From: Dicyema japonicum
Lineage: Eukaryota; Animalia; Dicyemida
Direction: 5' to 3'
Assembly: GCA_011109175.1 (NCBI GenBank)
Contig: RDEW01000029.1
Coordinates: forward strand, 127,158 to 160,157
DNA: 33,000 bases
Positions 11,735 through 25,302 of this stretch are shown piece by piece. The position numbers were made by a program, and so were the translations under genes. The notes beneath the pieces were generated by a model. It saw only the letters and a program-made list of their open reading frames with translations, searched no databases and was not told the DNA's origin. The first letter of the stretch is position 1. Every line of letters begins with the position of its first letter.

Positions 11735-12564
11735 TATAATTTCATTAAATTTTATTTATTTTCCTGTTTTTATACAAATTAGCGACAATTAAGCTCAGTT
11801 TCTCAAGAAGATATGATTCCCATGACTGGTCTCCTTGAAGACCTTTCCTCTCTTTGTTAGACCTCTCGGTGCTCAGCACTGCCGAGCTTTCTTGCCTCGC
11901 TGTTTTGGTTGAGAGTTCGACAGTCTCCATCGCTCAGCCGTCGAAAATGCAATGTATCATATAGCAGCTTTTCTATTATCAACAGAAAGTAGTGAAATCT
12001 TGGAGGAACACTGAAAGTTAACTGCCTCGCCTCAAACTTACAAAGTCAATTCACAGGAAGCTGACGATCGTCCAATTGAAGGTCAACCGACACCAAAGAA
12101 GTGTATTGTTCTACGCAATTCACAGAGCTTCGATTCAGTAGACATTGCACTATTCAAGGGACTTTACTTTTCAGCTAACATTTTGTTAAATTTAAAAAAA
12201 ATGATTTTATGAGGGTAGACTGGGATCCCTTAGAGATTTTTTAAGTGTTTTATGAGAGATGCCTCAAAATTGGGACCGACGACTGTCAGCGGTTTCTTGG
12301 GAATTAAAAATTTAATTTATTACTCCGAAACCACATGAAAGTGGTTATCCGCTAAATTAAGTGACTCTGGCGTACATTTGGTACAAGAATCCTTGATTAA
12401 TCTCCACAAATGGGAAGATCTCTCTTCGCTGCAGATTTAATCGGATTTCCGCCCGAGGGGTTTTCAGGAGACTTAACCACTATGAGGAAGTCTCACTGGC
12501 ATTCCGTGAGGTAATCCAGATCGTCGCAACGTTAGCGTTCTCGGTAGCAGCGAGGTGGGAGTTC

Positions 12565-12643
12565 ATTAAAGGCTGTTTGGATTACCATGAATATATAGCC
12601 TTCCCCACTAAAGAGGTCAAAGAAGGGGTTGAGGCCGTCACGG
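12565..12643 (+). pseudogene. Duplicated fragment of a CFAP119 exon
   Basis: Roughly 80% identity by eye to 16722-16800. Confidence 0.75.
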
Positions 12644-12775
12644 TAATCTCAATAAAATTCAAAAGCACAAGTTTCGTATCCCCCCCATATGATCTGTAGC
12701 GACAGGGCGCGAAGGGAAAATAAAAATATACAAGAATAAATTATTACTCCAACAAAAAAGTCATATATTTGTCAA

Positions 12776-13589
12776 CTATTCGAAATTGGCTATGATTGTG
12801 TCGGGGATTTCCTTATATCCCCAAATAGTCTCCCCCAATTCATTTTCGCCAATTGGTTGGAATATGTACTCACATGATTTGGAGGATTCATGAGACTGAC
12901 AGTCCTCTACCTGTTCAGATTGGTCGTCCTCCCCCAACATTGTGGCAACTCTCAAATATCTTGGCTTGTACGCGTGCCTCAATCTCGTCTTCTAGTGATT
13001 ATTGTAACATGAACCGCAAAGTCCCTGAGTTTCCTGAGCATGTAGGCGGCATTGTCGAACTCATCCGTGTAGAGAATCAATTTGTCAACCAGAATTCTCG
13101 AAGCTTTGCAGTGGTCCCTCGTAATCTCCCTGGGCTCTAGTAGGTCACTCCACAATTCCTGGAAGAGTCAACTACAACTCAACTGTTTCTGTTTTTATCT
13201 TTGTCGTGAATATTTCTATCATTATGGAGCAGTCACATGGCTTGACCTTGAGCTCATCCTCTTCCAACACTAAAAACGACGATTCTGGAACTCAGCCAAT
13301 TTCTTACGCTTGGCCGCTACGACGAGGTCAGATATTTGTGCTTTAAGGTCAACCATTCTGTTGAATTTGACGATCTCTTGGAGACCGATGAAACCTCGCT
13401 GATCAGTGATTGAGGCCATGTGCTTATCGTAAACTAAATTTACACTGTCTTAAAGATTTACTCGTACTCTGATAAATAATATTCAATTTGACTTTGTATC
13501 CTTAAAAGTCGATCTCTCCTTCTCTCCTCGATCTTCCTCAAAACCTCATCCGCCAAACTCTTATAAGCCACAATTTCCCTCTTCAACAT
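12776..13589 (-). CDS. La-motif RNA-binding protein (La/LARP7-like); start uncertain
   Basis: Removing introns 13445-13467, 13285-13307, 13159-13183 and 12992-13014 gives IQSQIEYYLSDVNLVYDKHMASITDQRGFIGLQEIVKFNRMVDL...SSFLVLEEDELKVK, a La motif, followed by a degenerate RRM-like region. Confidence 0.85.
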
Positions 13590-14954
13590 TTTCTCCTTTC
13601 TAAGCTGAATCCGTTATATAGCGATCGTTACTTCATTGTTATAGCATTCGATTTGAAAGTTATGTAATAATTAAGTAATTAGAGCCATTGAAGAACCCAC
13701 TGATGACCAGTACTGGAAAGTCAGTCACGATCTTTTTTAGTTCGGACGAGCGACTGGGAGACGGACAAGCGAATTAACGGCAAACAAGGTCTCCTTTGGC
13801 TGATCTCATAATGTCATAGGGGTGATTTTTGACATGTTTCTTGCCAATGTCAAAAATGCGATGACAATTGTGAAAAGAAGACCAGCATAATGAAGAGTCT
13901 CCCGGGGATACGGCGGAAACTATCTACAAACAGTACACTGAGCCATGATTTATTGCACGTTTCGTAGTGTCCATTCATTTTCTGGCAAATGTCACTAAGA
14001 TCGAACTTTTTATAAAGGAAAATTAAAAAACATAATTTTGATTAACTGAGGTAGTCCTCGCCACGTGGCTATAACCTCCTACAATAGCGAGCGAATGTTG
14101 AGAAGCTGGGTTCTTTTCCAATATCTATCGGCAGTTTTTACAACCAACATTGACCTACGCAAGTGAGTCGTGGTCAGTGGCCATTTCCAGCTCCTCCTGA
14201 AACTGTCCGTAGGAAGCTGCCAAAGGAGTTTAAGTCCACTCCTCTGACAGTAGTTTAGATTGCACTGCTTAGAAGATGGTTAGAGCAGATACTATGCCAA
14301 ACAGCCCCCTCTACAAAGCCGTGAACAAATACCTTAGAAACCACCATAGAAACATGATAACCAATATCCTTTCTGGAGAGCCATCCAGGATTTTCGTCAA
14401 CGTCGGATAGTAGCTCCCTAATAATAGTGAGCGAAACTCGCTCGAATAGGCAGAGTGTCTCCAAGTTCACGGAATCCGTTCATATCCCCAAAATTACATT
14501 TCCAAACAGTCCAAAAACAAATTTCAGAATAGTCAAGTTGAAATTTTATCCCTTTCCTACTCCACTGGAGAGGTTCTTAAATGGCGACTATGGATGTACG
14601 TGCTAGAGTAACGTTATGTGATCCACCTGTCTTAGGAGACGCCAAATGTCTGGCAGGTATCCTACAGGAACTACTCATCCCTATTCCACTGGAGGGGATG
14701 AAAGTGTTGAAAAAATGTTTCAATCCGACGTGGGAGTTGGATACACCTTAATTAGACGTTAACTTACTCAACCTCTTTTTGGTATATCAGGGGTTATTAA
14801 ATAAATTCAGCAAGGGGGGATAGGTACGGGAATTGTAGTTTCAATATTTATTTATTATTTAATTATTTAAGATAATTATATTTTTTACTTTGTTTGGATG
14901 TTATGATATAAATTATTGAGTTAATCGTTGTAGTCAAGCAACTCAATAATAACT

Positions 14955-15602
14955 ATGGAGGACGTGAGGGCCGACATTCCGACTTTAAAAATCACCGATT
15001 TGAAAGTTAATTTGCTCAAAAGCGACAAAATCCAAAGGAAAGTGATGATTCCAAATAAACAAGAGAATCAGTACATGAAGAAAGTAGTGAAGCTTCCGAA
15101 ACAGTCAAACATTCAGGACTACTGTGACCCCGTTGTGTACTTTACTTGGATACCAAATAATTCAAAAAAGGAAATCAAGTCAGGACCCTTAATATTTGAG
15201 GTTTTAGGCGCGTTGAATCCGACAGAAAGTCGTTCGTATTCCTGAGTGACTTCCAATCTGTACTTTAAAACTCGCATTTTAGGAGATAAAGCCTCTAAAC
15301 AAGAGTCTCAACATCAAACTCCCAAAAAAGTAATCTTGTTTGGCCCACGTAGACGCCAATGTGAAGAGAAACCGAGGAGCACGTGTAATATAAGCAAACA
15401 AACAGGCAATATCCTAATTCATGGGGTAAAGAAGAACATAAGTTCTCACAAAGTGAGGAAAGTGGTCAAGTCCCCCTCCTCAGAGAGCCTCATCTCAGAG
15501 GACGCCATGTTCACTTACTCGTGCTTTATGAAAAATAAGAAAATTGAAAATGAAGTCAAAACCAAACTTTCTAAAATAACACTTAACTTTCCTAAAGATT
15601 AA
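14955..15602 (+). CDS. Uncharacterised lysine-rich protein
   Basis: ATG follows an AT-rich tract. Three candidate introns (29, 23 and 23 nt, starting near 15179, 15260 and 15330) join the two ORFs into one frame of about 190 aa. No family recognised. Confidence 0.6.
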
Positions 15603-15821
15603 TATTTTGGGTTAAATTAAGCTTACTAGCCTTTTTTTCACGACCCCCACCCTCATGGTGTTGTTACCCCCAGATGAGGTTGTCTTAGCCTAAATCTGAT
15701 GAGGAATATAGTCCCCTTGTGCCAGCTCAGGAGATTTCTTTTCATCCTGTGAAAGTACTCTGATCTCTATTCTGATCTTTATGATATGAAGACAGAGTTA
15801 GAGACGAGAAGAGAGCAATCT

Positions 15822-16018
15822 CAAGGTTGGAAGAAATCGAAATTTGATTTTAATCCTAAATGGGGGAAAAATGACCACGTGGGTAGGGTCCCAAGTTAAA
15901 AAAAGGTCAAAATATTGATTTTCCATATTAATGATAAAATGAGATTTTGGTGGTCCCAATCGGCGATAGAGACCACGTGGCTCGTTTCCAAGTCAGAAGA
16001 GATCGAAATTTTGATTTT
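15822..16018 (+). repeat. Degenerate direct repeats containing GACCACGTGG upstream of CFAP119
   Basis: Unit gaccacgtgg-N8/9-ccaagt...tc(g/a)aaat(a/t)ttgatttt at about 15873-15922 and 15971-16018; partial third copy at 15822-15850. Confidence 0.7.
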
Positions 16019-16068
16019 GTGTGTTTTAAAGGAAATAATTATCGGAAAGCAATAAATAGAGTGTTGTC

Positions 16069-17013
<945 letters not shown>

Positions 17014-17043
17014 TATTTAAAAATCCGTTTAATAAAAACATAA

Positions 17044-19038
17044 TCAGTTTTGGCTACTTTCGAGTTGTCCCCTCAACCAGAAGGTCTCCACGCTCTCCTT
17101 CCCCTGAAATGAATAATTTAGGGACTTTAATATCGATGACTCCTCGTGAGACGATATCAAATTGGTTGAAGGGGTCCAAAAGCTGCTTGGTTTGAAGACT
17201 TAGGTGGATCATCTGAGCTATGAATAATCAGACAAATTCACGTTTTCCCGTTGACTCCATCCTCGAGGCCATATTCACGGTGTCCCCGAATAAGCAATAC
17301 CGAGGCATTTTGATTCCAACCACACCAGCACAAATGCTCCCTAAAGTTTAAAATTATTCAAAACCTGAATTTATTCCAATTCTAATATTCAAGGGTTTGT
17401 CGTCTGGGGGAACTGTAATCGAGGTAACTGCATCCACCAGATTCAGTGAAGTCAGCGCAATCTCCTTGGAATGATCATCATTCAACAAAAGGCCCGAGAC
17501 CAGCATGTACGCGTCCCCTATGGTCTCAACCTGTTCCTGATATAACCGTAGACCTTATAGACGTTGTAGTCCGCTATGATCGTGTCCATGAGAGAGTACA
17601 GGTTATTCAAAAGTTCCACGATTTGTATTGGCTCCAAGTTCGAACAAATTTTAGTGAACCCGACAATGTCGCTCAAATATATTGTGACCGAGTCGAAGAA
17701 CTGGGCCTTCACGACCTTGCCACAACGGAGGTCCTGTGCGACCTGCCTAGTTATATTACAAGGTGTGATAACGGCGGAAGCATTTGGTAGAGAAGGTTCT
17801 CAGAATGAGCCAATAGCTCGTCAGATCTCGTCTTTTCTATTAGAAGGTCTCGAGTACGTTCTTCAACCATTTCCTCGAGTTGGCAGGCATACGAGGATAG
17901 ACGATTCATCAGAGTATCCACCACAGAGCCAGCCTCGCTTTTTCCAATCATGGTTCTTCCGTGAAAACTAAAAATAACATGTATTCGTTGGAAATGAAAT
18001 TCATGGGAGGTCGTAGGGGTGCATTCGAGGACCACATCATGGTGATCAGTCGTTTGTAAGTTTTTGGACAATTCTCATCCCAAAACCTGACCAGATCTGG
18101 TCTAAAGTTATTCTCCAGTATGGACTCCACGACGTCTTTTATTTTTAGCTAGAGTTACCGAATAGATTGAGATTCATCTCCTTGTAGTGAAAGGGGGTAG
18201 TTCGACATATCACTTCCTGACATAAAATGCCGAAACTGTAAATGTCGCATTTTTTCATGTCCCCGACTTCTTTGTCGGGTGATCTGATTAAACTGATCAA
18301 TTCAGGGGCCATAGTCAGTTGTCCTTAAGTTTATGAGGAACTACCACTTTCGAGGGATTGCTTATAATTCGGTAAGTCATTGAGGTTCCACCAGTTCTTG
18401 GAACTCTTAGGGGAAAACCCCATCAGCTTCACAACGTAACGTGAGTCGATCAAACAGTTCGAGCTTCTCAAACACCCGTGATAACCAATTGGACTGTCAT
18501 GCAGATATTTCAGGCCCTACAGTAGAGATTAGACACGTGACCTCAATAATGTCGTACATAAATGACTTTTTGAGAACCCAATCTAACTGGAACTCCTCGT
18601 CGAGGAGGAGATTCTGTAATTTCCCCTTCTGGCACATCTCAAAAATGAGAGTGTACCGATCCGACTTGGCTATCGCTCCAATAAACGTGCATAAATTGAT
18701 GCTGGAAATACTTTTTAGCTGAAATACTTAAATTTCAACAACTTCTTTGAGTTCCTTTTCAAACGACCTCTTGAAGTTATCAGTGACCTTGAAGATGTTG
18801 TAATAGATTTCGGTTCCCTACCATATTTTTATAAAATACCTGATAAATGCCAGTCAGCTTTGTGTTTTTTCGGCAAATACTGAATCTCCGAACTGTTTTC
18901 TATTCAAGTAAGGGAAAACTCATTACACGATGACCGTACTCCCGCAAGGTTCCTCCTTGGAGTACAAAACTATTTGGATCCAACTCCCATATTTTCCTGA
19001 AACCAACATTAAAATTAGTCATACTTTCGGTCAAACAT
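17044..19038 (-). CDS. Receptor-type guanylyl cyclase (kinase-homology domain, coiled coil, catalytic domain); N-terminus uncertain
   Basis: About 13 introns of 21-28 nt. KHD motifs [44 protein letters not shown]. Cyclase motifs [37 protein letters not shown] (GTP-specifying E and C). Confidence 0.95.
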
Positions 19039-19169
19039 TGTAATTTCACTATAAAATTAATTTTAACCTGGAAATGCGGAAGTTTATGAATTTACTGGAA
19101 AAACGCAACGGCTGTGCACTGGAATATTCATATCTGTTTAGCATTCCTCATAGGGTTTTATTACCAAAA

Positions 19170-19500
19170 TACAAAATTAGCACGTGGAATACCGATTCTT
19201 TGAAAGGGATGTAGCCTCACGTGCAGATAGATTGACTCAGAGGAGGAAATTTCAGAAATAAGAAGCATCGATAAACTATGCTCTGCGTTAATCCTGTTGG
19301 AGGAATCGACAATCTTCCTCTCATTGCGTACGCTTTTAACCCCCCTTGTTTGCCCCCTTTGAACCACGAGAATACAATAAGCACAAGAAAAACATCAAAC
19401 GTGGAAAGACTAATGGACCGACTCACCACCGAACTGATATCGACAAATAGTGACCCCAAATATAAAACCACTCAGTTTGTGAGAGTCAGAATGCGTGAGG
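19170..19500 (+). mobile_element. Decayed LINE APE-endonuclease relic
   Basis: KISTWNTDSLKG resembles the I.TWN start of APE domains; the frame is interrupted by stops. Confidence 0.4.
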
Positions 19501-20044
19501 CTTCAAAAGTCCATACTTTTGATGAGTGAGAAGCGAAATAATTCAAGTGTCTGCGAAGAGGGGACATCAGACTAGTTCTTACTAAAAAGATCACAATTAT
19601 AGAGCATCTGATAAACCTTCACCGAGGTCAAGGGTCACATTAACAAATTTTAGGGGCGATACGAAAAAAAGATCGAGAGAGACTGAAATAGGGACTAAAT
19701 TGGATTTAATAACAAAATTTGGCATTTGATTAATTTAGTTATATTTTTATTTAAATGCTATTTTTTTGATTTTACTAATTTTATTTACAATTAAATAAAA
19801 TTTTTTTCTTGAAATGTTTATTATTCTTGTTGTTTGATGAGTATAAGGTCACAAACTTGGCCTTCTTGACTGGACGTAATATCTGATGACATCGGATCTG
19901 GCAGTCGTGGTATAGAATACGAAAGACGGACTTTTCGGCGATGTCAATTCTCGTAGAAACAATACCACCTGTGAGTCGACAAGTCCTTCTGACAGCACAC
20001 AGTTGTTGAAGGGGATCTTCTTTTTGATCTTCGCCGTTATATGC

Positions 20045-20540
20045 TCAAATAAGATGGGACAGGTACATAATTTTTTGATGGTGAATATTGTCTTTCCAAA
20101 ATCGACCTATTTTGTGGATTGTATTAGCTATCGAGATACGCTCTCGAAGCCATCCAGTCTCACGTGGATCCTTGGTCACTTTTTGGATTGAGCTGATTGA
20201 CGGACTAGATCGTCCGTCTATGGACAAGGATTCCTGACGTCTCAACAGCAAATGGGAAAACAAGTGATCCTCTGAAATGATTCGGTACTTCCTTCTCTTC
20301 TGATCCTCGGCTTGCTTATAAGCATAACCTGGAGTGGCCAATTTTCTGAGAGTATGTATCAACACACGTAGCCTCCCAAACCAGGTTCTGACCATTAGCA
20401 AAATGGATTGTTGTCATCCCGTTGGGGAGTTCGTCGTCCTCGCGGGTAAGACTAGTCGACTCCAAAATGCAGTGGTGGTCGACAGAGGAAATTGCGTTTT
20501 TCAACGTCCGTTGAAACAGGCATGCCTTGGGAAAGGGTCT
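20045..20540 (-). mobile_element. Decayed CRE-like non-LTR retrotransposon, RLE endonuclease region
   Basis: LTREDDELPNGMTT...LVWEATCVDTY, AEDQKRRKY, PFAVETSG and WLRERISIA across frameshifts. Confidence 0.85.
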
Positions 20541-21354
20541 GCGCTCAACTTTCACGATTGGGGTTGACGAGTGACGCCGTCATCAGTGTTTCATCACTGT
20601 AGAACTGGATTGTCTTCTGAGACTCCCATAATGATTTTTTAAGGTCAAATTTATTAAATCCCATTGTAGAAGAGGAGTTTTTGAATGTTTGGGGAAGATA
20701 TTCTCTTAGAAAAATTGAAATAGTAGCGACTGAATTGACAAATAAAAGCAAATGTGCCCTGAAATGCTTGATAGTTCTTTAAATCAGTTGCTCTCACGTT
20801 ACTTGGGAGTGCTGATTGAAAAAGGACTTTAAAGGAGTATTTGTAATGAGGAAGCCTATCGAGTTTTGATATGTCTTTAAGCTGATGGTTGAAAGTAAAA
20901 CCATGCTATTTCACTTCGAAATTATTATCCTTCCCCTTATCTGAGGAAATGCGGGGGATGGTTTTTCTTGGAAGTAAGAATGAAATCATAACGAGGGGAG
21001 CAACGTCCTTCGAGTGAGGACAGAAAAAGCGTGCATTTCAATGACGGAGATAAGGCAACAGTTGGCAGGGGGTACTGAAGAGTCCACGGAACCGAAGTAG
21101 TACTCCTTTTTTCAATCATAAATTAAACTATCCTAATCTTTCCTTAGTCCTCTCCCCACGATCGTCAGACACCCCCCACCAGGATCGAAAATTTGTTGCG
21201 GATTCCATTTACATTTAACTGACGAATAGTGAATGAGGAGTCGAGGAAGGGGAATTTGGTCCTACATCACCAGCCAGAAGAACAAAAATGAAAATAACAA
21301 ATATCCAAGTCTCCACAAATGACTTCATATTCTATCGCAAATTCTTCCCCCCTT

Positions 21355-21550
21355 GGGGATGAATCTGAGTTTTGGCTCTCTCTACCCGACCAGTTGGAGG
21401 TATCATCGATCAAATCTTATTTGTACCAAGTCCACCAATGACTCTAAGAAACCTGTGGGAGCGCCCACCATTCCAAGCTGGACGCTCGATGACAGCCTCC
21501 TACACGTGTTTGAGGATGGGGGTAACTAACTACCTAAATTTATGCAGATT
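21355..21550 (+). pseudogene. Intron-bearing fragment of an unknown gene family, paralogous to 549-720 (minus)
   Basis: EFWLSLP..TNDSKKPVGAPTIPSWTLDD versus EFRLPSP..SNDSKGLLGAPITLTWLIDG; both followed by gtaactaacta...tgcag. Confidence 0.55.
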
Positions 21551-22534
21551 TTGTGGAGTTACTTAATTGAGTGGTAAATAAAGCCACGAATATTTTGGGG
21601 AGATTTGAACCAACGTCAATTAAAGGGATGCCCACGGGGTTTATGAAAAATAGGCGTTCATAAAGAAGGTCGCCTTGCTTAAGGGGGATGTTGAGGGCAA
21701 AATTATTGCCATCTTCCGCAGTAAAAAAATGTGGGGCATTTGGACGCACAGAAAGCACGAATCTCTGAATCTTAGGCATTTACTGACCCAAGAATATGAA
21801 AGCGAGACTCTCTACAAGCAGATAAGCGAAAAGTGCTACAATCACGTTGGGACTGTTCGGGCATGTTTACGCAACTTTTTTGCTCTTTGCCTTTTTCTAT
21901 TCCTAACAGGCTTCAGGTAATCAACTTTACTAGGGAGACGCATAGTGCCTAGGGACATCTAAAATAGGGTCCCACTCTTTTCTACTCCATTGGAGTGGCT
22001 CACATAATGGCAAATATGGATTGACGTGATGCTTGGCATGAATACGTCCCACTCCGACAGGGGGAACTGAATAAAACGTCTTCCAGGTCTATCCGGGGTT
22101 ATAATAAACTCAAATGAAAACATTCTAAAGGACTCAGCTTAAAAGACATTGAACAAATTGTAGCCTCTTAATTAGACATAACTAGAAAGAAGGAAAGACA
22201 GCCACAAAATAATTTTCATAAATTCCCAGATTTTCCCTCTGTACTAAAATGCTGGCTAGTTCTCTAATATAACTAACAAGTAAGGGACCGGTGATCTATA
22301 CTCAGCCACATAGTGGGGAGTTTCTAAAAATCCTCCTATGACTGTAGAGGTTTCTCGACAGAGAAAATATCTTCATGAATGATAATAACTTTTTTTCACT
22401 TTGAAAATAATAATAACACCAGAGACCACGGTTACACAAACTAACTAATCACGTGATCCCAGCAGGGAGCTCATCTTGGCCCGATGCTCCTCCCTCGACC
22501 CCAAACATCACGTATCGGCCAAATGACTCGATCT

Positions 22535-23188
22535 TCAAGACATTTGTCCAAGAGATGAATAATACCTGATACCACATGCGTAAGAAATGCAAGGTTTAAT
22601 GCATTGTTTGTATGTAGTACTCAAAATGGGATGATTTCCGTATTTACACAAGCCACTGAGAAATTTCAGGACATTAGTCTTTTTTTCGCATTTTGTTATG
22701 ACGTTTTCTACATGGGGCGAGGATGTGCATGTCAAAAGTCACCCCAATAATCCTTTGAGATCTTTTAAATATGATAACTCGATTGTTTGCCTTCAGATCG
22801 ACCGTCCGTCTTCCCAGTATCTTGTCTGAAGTAAATAGGGCTGTGACGGACTTAGCTATCTGGATGTCCTGATCATGTGACGCAATTACGATGTCGTCAA
22901 GACAAGTCAGAAAAATATCAGCGTCGGGTGTGGGGAGATTCGCCATGAATAGAATGAATAGTAATGGAGACAAAGGGGATCCTTGCGGACACCATTAAGA
23001 AGAAGCCGGAAAATAGATCTTGACTGTCCAATGCAGACGCGTCCTCTCCGGCAACTAGGAAGGTTAGCTAACCAGAGCTTAATCTTTCCAAGGATATTTG
23101 CTTGGTAAATTTTCCAAGTTAGAATCCTCCTTGACGTAGAGTCGGTGTCCCGGTCTGTGCGAAACCCATATTGTATGAAGTTAGTCAA
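22535..23188 (-). mobile_element. Decayed LINE reverse transcriptase
   Basis: QYGFR, NGV.., SPLLFILFMANLP, CLDDIVIAS and YKQCIKPCISYAC over three frames. Confidence 0.88.
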
Positions 23189-23635
23189 TACAGATAACTA
23201 GGTTAAAGTAGGCCTCTCCTCTTTAAAACAACGTTGAAATGACAAGTCCGGGAGAAAATTTTTGATTTTTGTAAGAACTAGCTTTTCCAGAATTTTCAAC
23301 GACAAACACAACAACGCGACCGTACGAAGCCGGGTCCTTCTTCACTTTCGGGTTTCAAAGTTGGACGTAATTAGAAAAGCTTCCATAAGGCTGGAAGATA
23401 ATTTTTGTTAATGGAGTAGTGGAATATCCTCGATAATGCAGCGATTCCATAATTCTCAAGATTCTTAAGAAGATCAGTGGGATCTTGTCAGGTCAGTTAG
23501 AATAGGTTGTTTTACTTTGAACAAAAATGATAAATCAGTCTCCTATACTCTTATTAAAAATATATTTTTTAATTTTTGCAAAAATAAATAAATTAATAAT
23601 TTTATTTTAAACAAATAGCGCTCAATAAAATATCG

Positions 23636-24837
23636 ATGGGGTGTGTCCACAGTGTTGATTTTCTTGCTGCCCAAAAACGAAGAATTGCTGCTGAAAAAAG
23701 ACTGAAGAGCATTGTTAGGGAAGGAAAGAAAAATTTTAACATAATTCTACTCGGTATTTCTCCACCTAAAACTTAGGTCCTGGTGAATCAGGAAAAAGCA
23801 CAATCCTCAAGCAAATTAAGCAGATACACGTAGCAGCTTACACCCGTTCAGATCTGATCGCTCATAAGAAGATTGTCTACTCCAACATTTTGCAAAGCAT
23901 ACTGACTATATTGCGGGCGATGCGTGACCTCAAAATCGACTTTTCTCTCCAAGAAAGTTCTGTTTGATTCATTGATGTTAATTTCCTTAGGACTCTGCCA
24001 AACGTCTGCTAACCTTCTCCTTTGACCAGATCACTCCGAATTTTGATCAAGTCGGTTCTCTCATTTCCCAGCTTTGGAAAGATGATGGCGTCAAAAAGTG
24101 TGTTTCCCGCTCTAACGAGTTCCAACTGAATGATTCCGCAGAATAGTTCCGTTTTCAGTGATTTTAGTTACTTTAACTGTTTGGACGAGATCTGTAAACC
24201 TGATTACATCCCAACAGTCGACCACGTGCTTAGAACAAGAGTTAAGACAACCGGAATGACTGACATACAGTTTTTCTTCAACAACATCTCTTTCCGGTAG
24301 TCGTTGTGGTGACCACAGAGTGCTTGACGTTGGCGGACAGCGGTCTGAGCGAAAAAAGTGGATTCACTGTTTCAGCGACGTGGCAGCAGTCCTATTTGTG
24401 GCCCCTCTCTCAGAATTCAACCTGATGTTGTTGGAGGACCCTTCTGTGGTAATTTTTACTAGAAACGCAGAATCGAATGGACGAGAGTCTGAAGTTATTT
24501 TCTTCGATCGTGAACAACGACTTCTTTAAGGACAAGTCGATCATTCTGTTTTTGAACAAATACGATATTTTCCTGAAAGTAATACAGAACCACTCCATTA
24601 AGGATGCCTTCCCTGATTTCGAAGGTTTTTGTGTGGCTAATCGAAGGGGACGATAAGGATGAGTATACTGTGAGGGGGTTTATAAGGAGTAAGTTTTTGG
24701 AGAGTTGTTCGGGGACCGAGAGACAGGTATTTCCCCACTATGTGTGTGCTACGGATACTAATAATGTGACTGTTGTGTTCCAGGATGTGGTTAACATTAT
24801 CACTCAAGCCCATCTTCAGTCTGCTGGATTGCTATAG
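23636..24837 (+). CDS. Heterotrimeric G-protein alpha subunit, divergent Gi/o-like, 7 exons
   Basis: MGCVHS N-terminus, [43 protein letters not shown]-terminus LQSAGLL; six introns of 22-29 nt. Confidence 0.96.
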
Positions 24838-25302
24838 TCTAATAATTTACTTATTGTTCATTTAATACTTTGATTAGTGCTTTTGAGTTTACTTGCGATG
24901 GAGTCTAGCAAGTTATTGGGGTACCGGTTTAAGTGGTTAATAGCACGGAGGTGCTGGTGTGCCTATATTGTGTAGAATGTCTACTTTGTTTTATGATGGG
25001 TGAAGCCTTTGTCTTTTTTCTCGTGGGCATGGGCGAATAAATCCGAGTTGTCCGTTCTTTTCACAATACCAGTAATTTGGGCTAATCTTGATCCAGAAGT
25101 TTAAGGCTTAGATTATCTAAAATAGGTCATAGACTCCAGTGACATGCTCAAATCTTAGATAAATTAACCTTGAATGCACCAACAAGTTAATAGTTAACGA
25201 CTAATTAAATTTGTCCATTTCCCACCGTCACAGAAGCAGACAGTTCTTCCCATCTTCGGCAAGTCCATCCAGTAAAAAGGGAGAGGGGTGAAAACCTTCA
25301 GT

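Noticed and set aside
13700-13745. CTGATGA-ccagtactg-GAAA hammerhead-like core
   Set aside because: Stems I and III cannot be formed convincingly around an NUH site.
13760-14470. Faint ionotropic glutamate receptor-like words on the minus strand (PGRLF, IAFLTLAR)
   Set aside because: SYTANLA is absent, frames are broken, and the similarity is within chance.
15243-15245. In-frame TGA between two collinear ORFs, suggesting selenocysteine or readthrough
   Set aside because: Three candidate introns totalling 75 nt put this TGA out of frame; no SECIS was recognised downstream.
15696-15720. CTGATGA followed by a gga/tcc hairpin
   Set aside because: The GAAA half of the hammerhead core is missing.
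17446-18722. Plus-strand ORFs of 93-131 aa
   Set aside because: They are antisense shadows of guanylyl cyclase exons.
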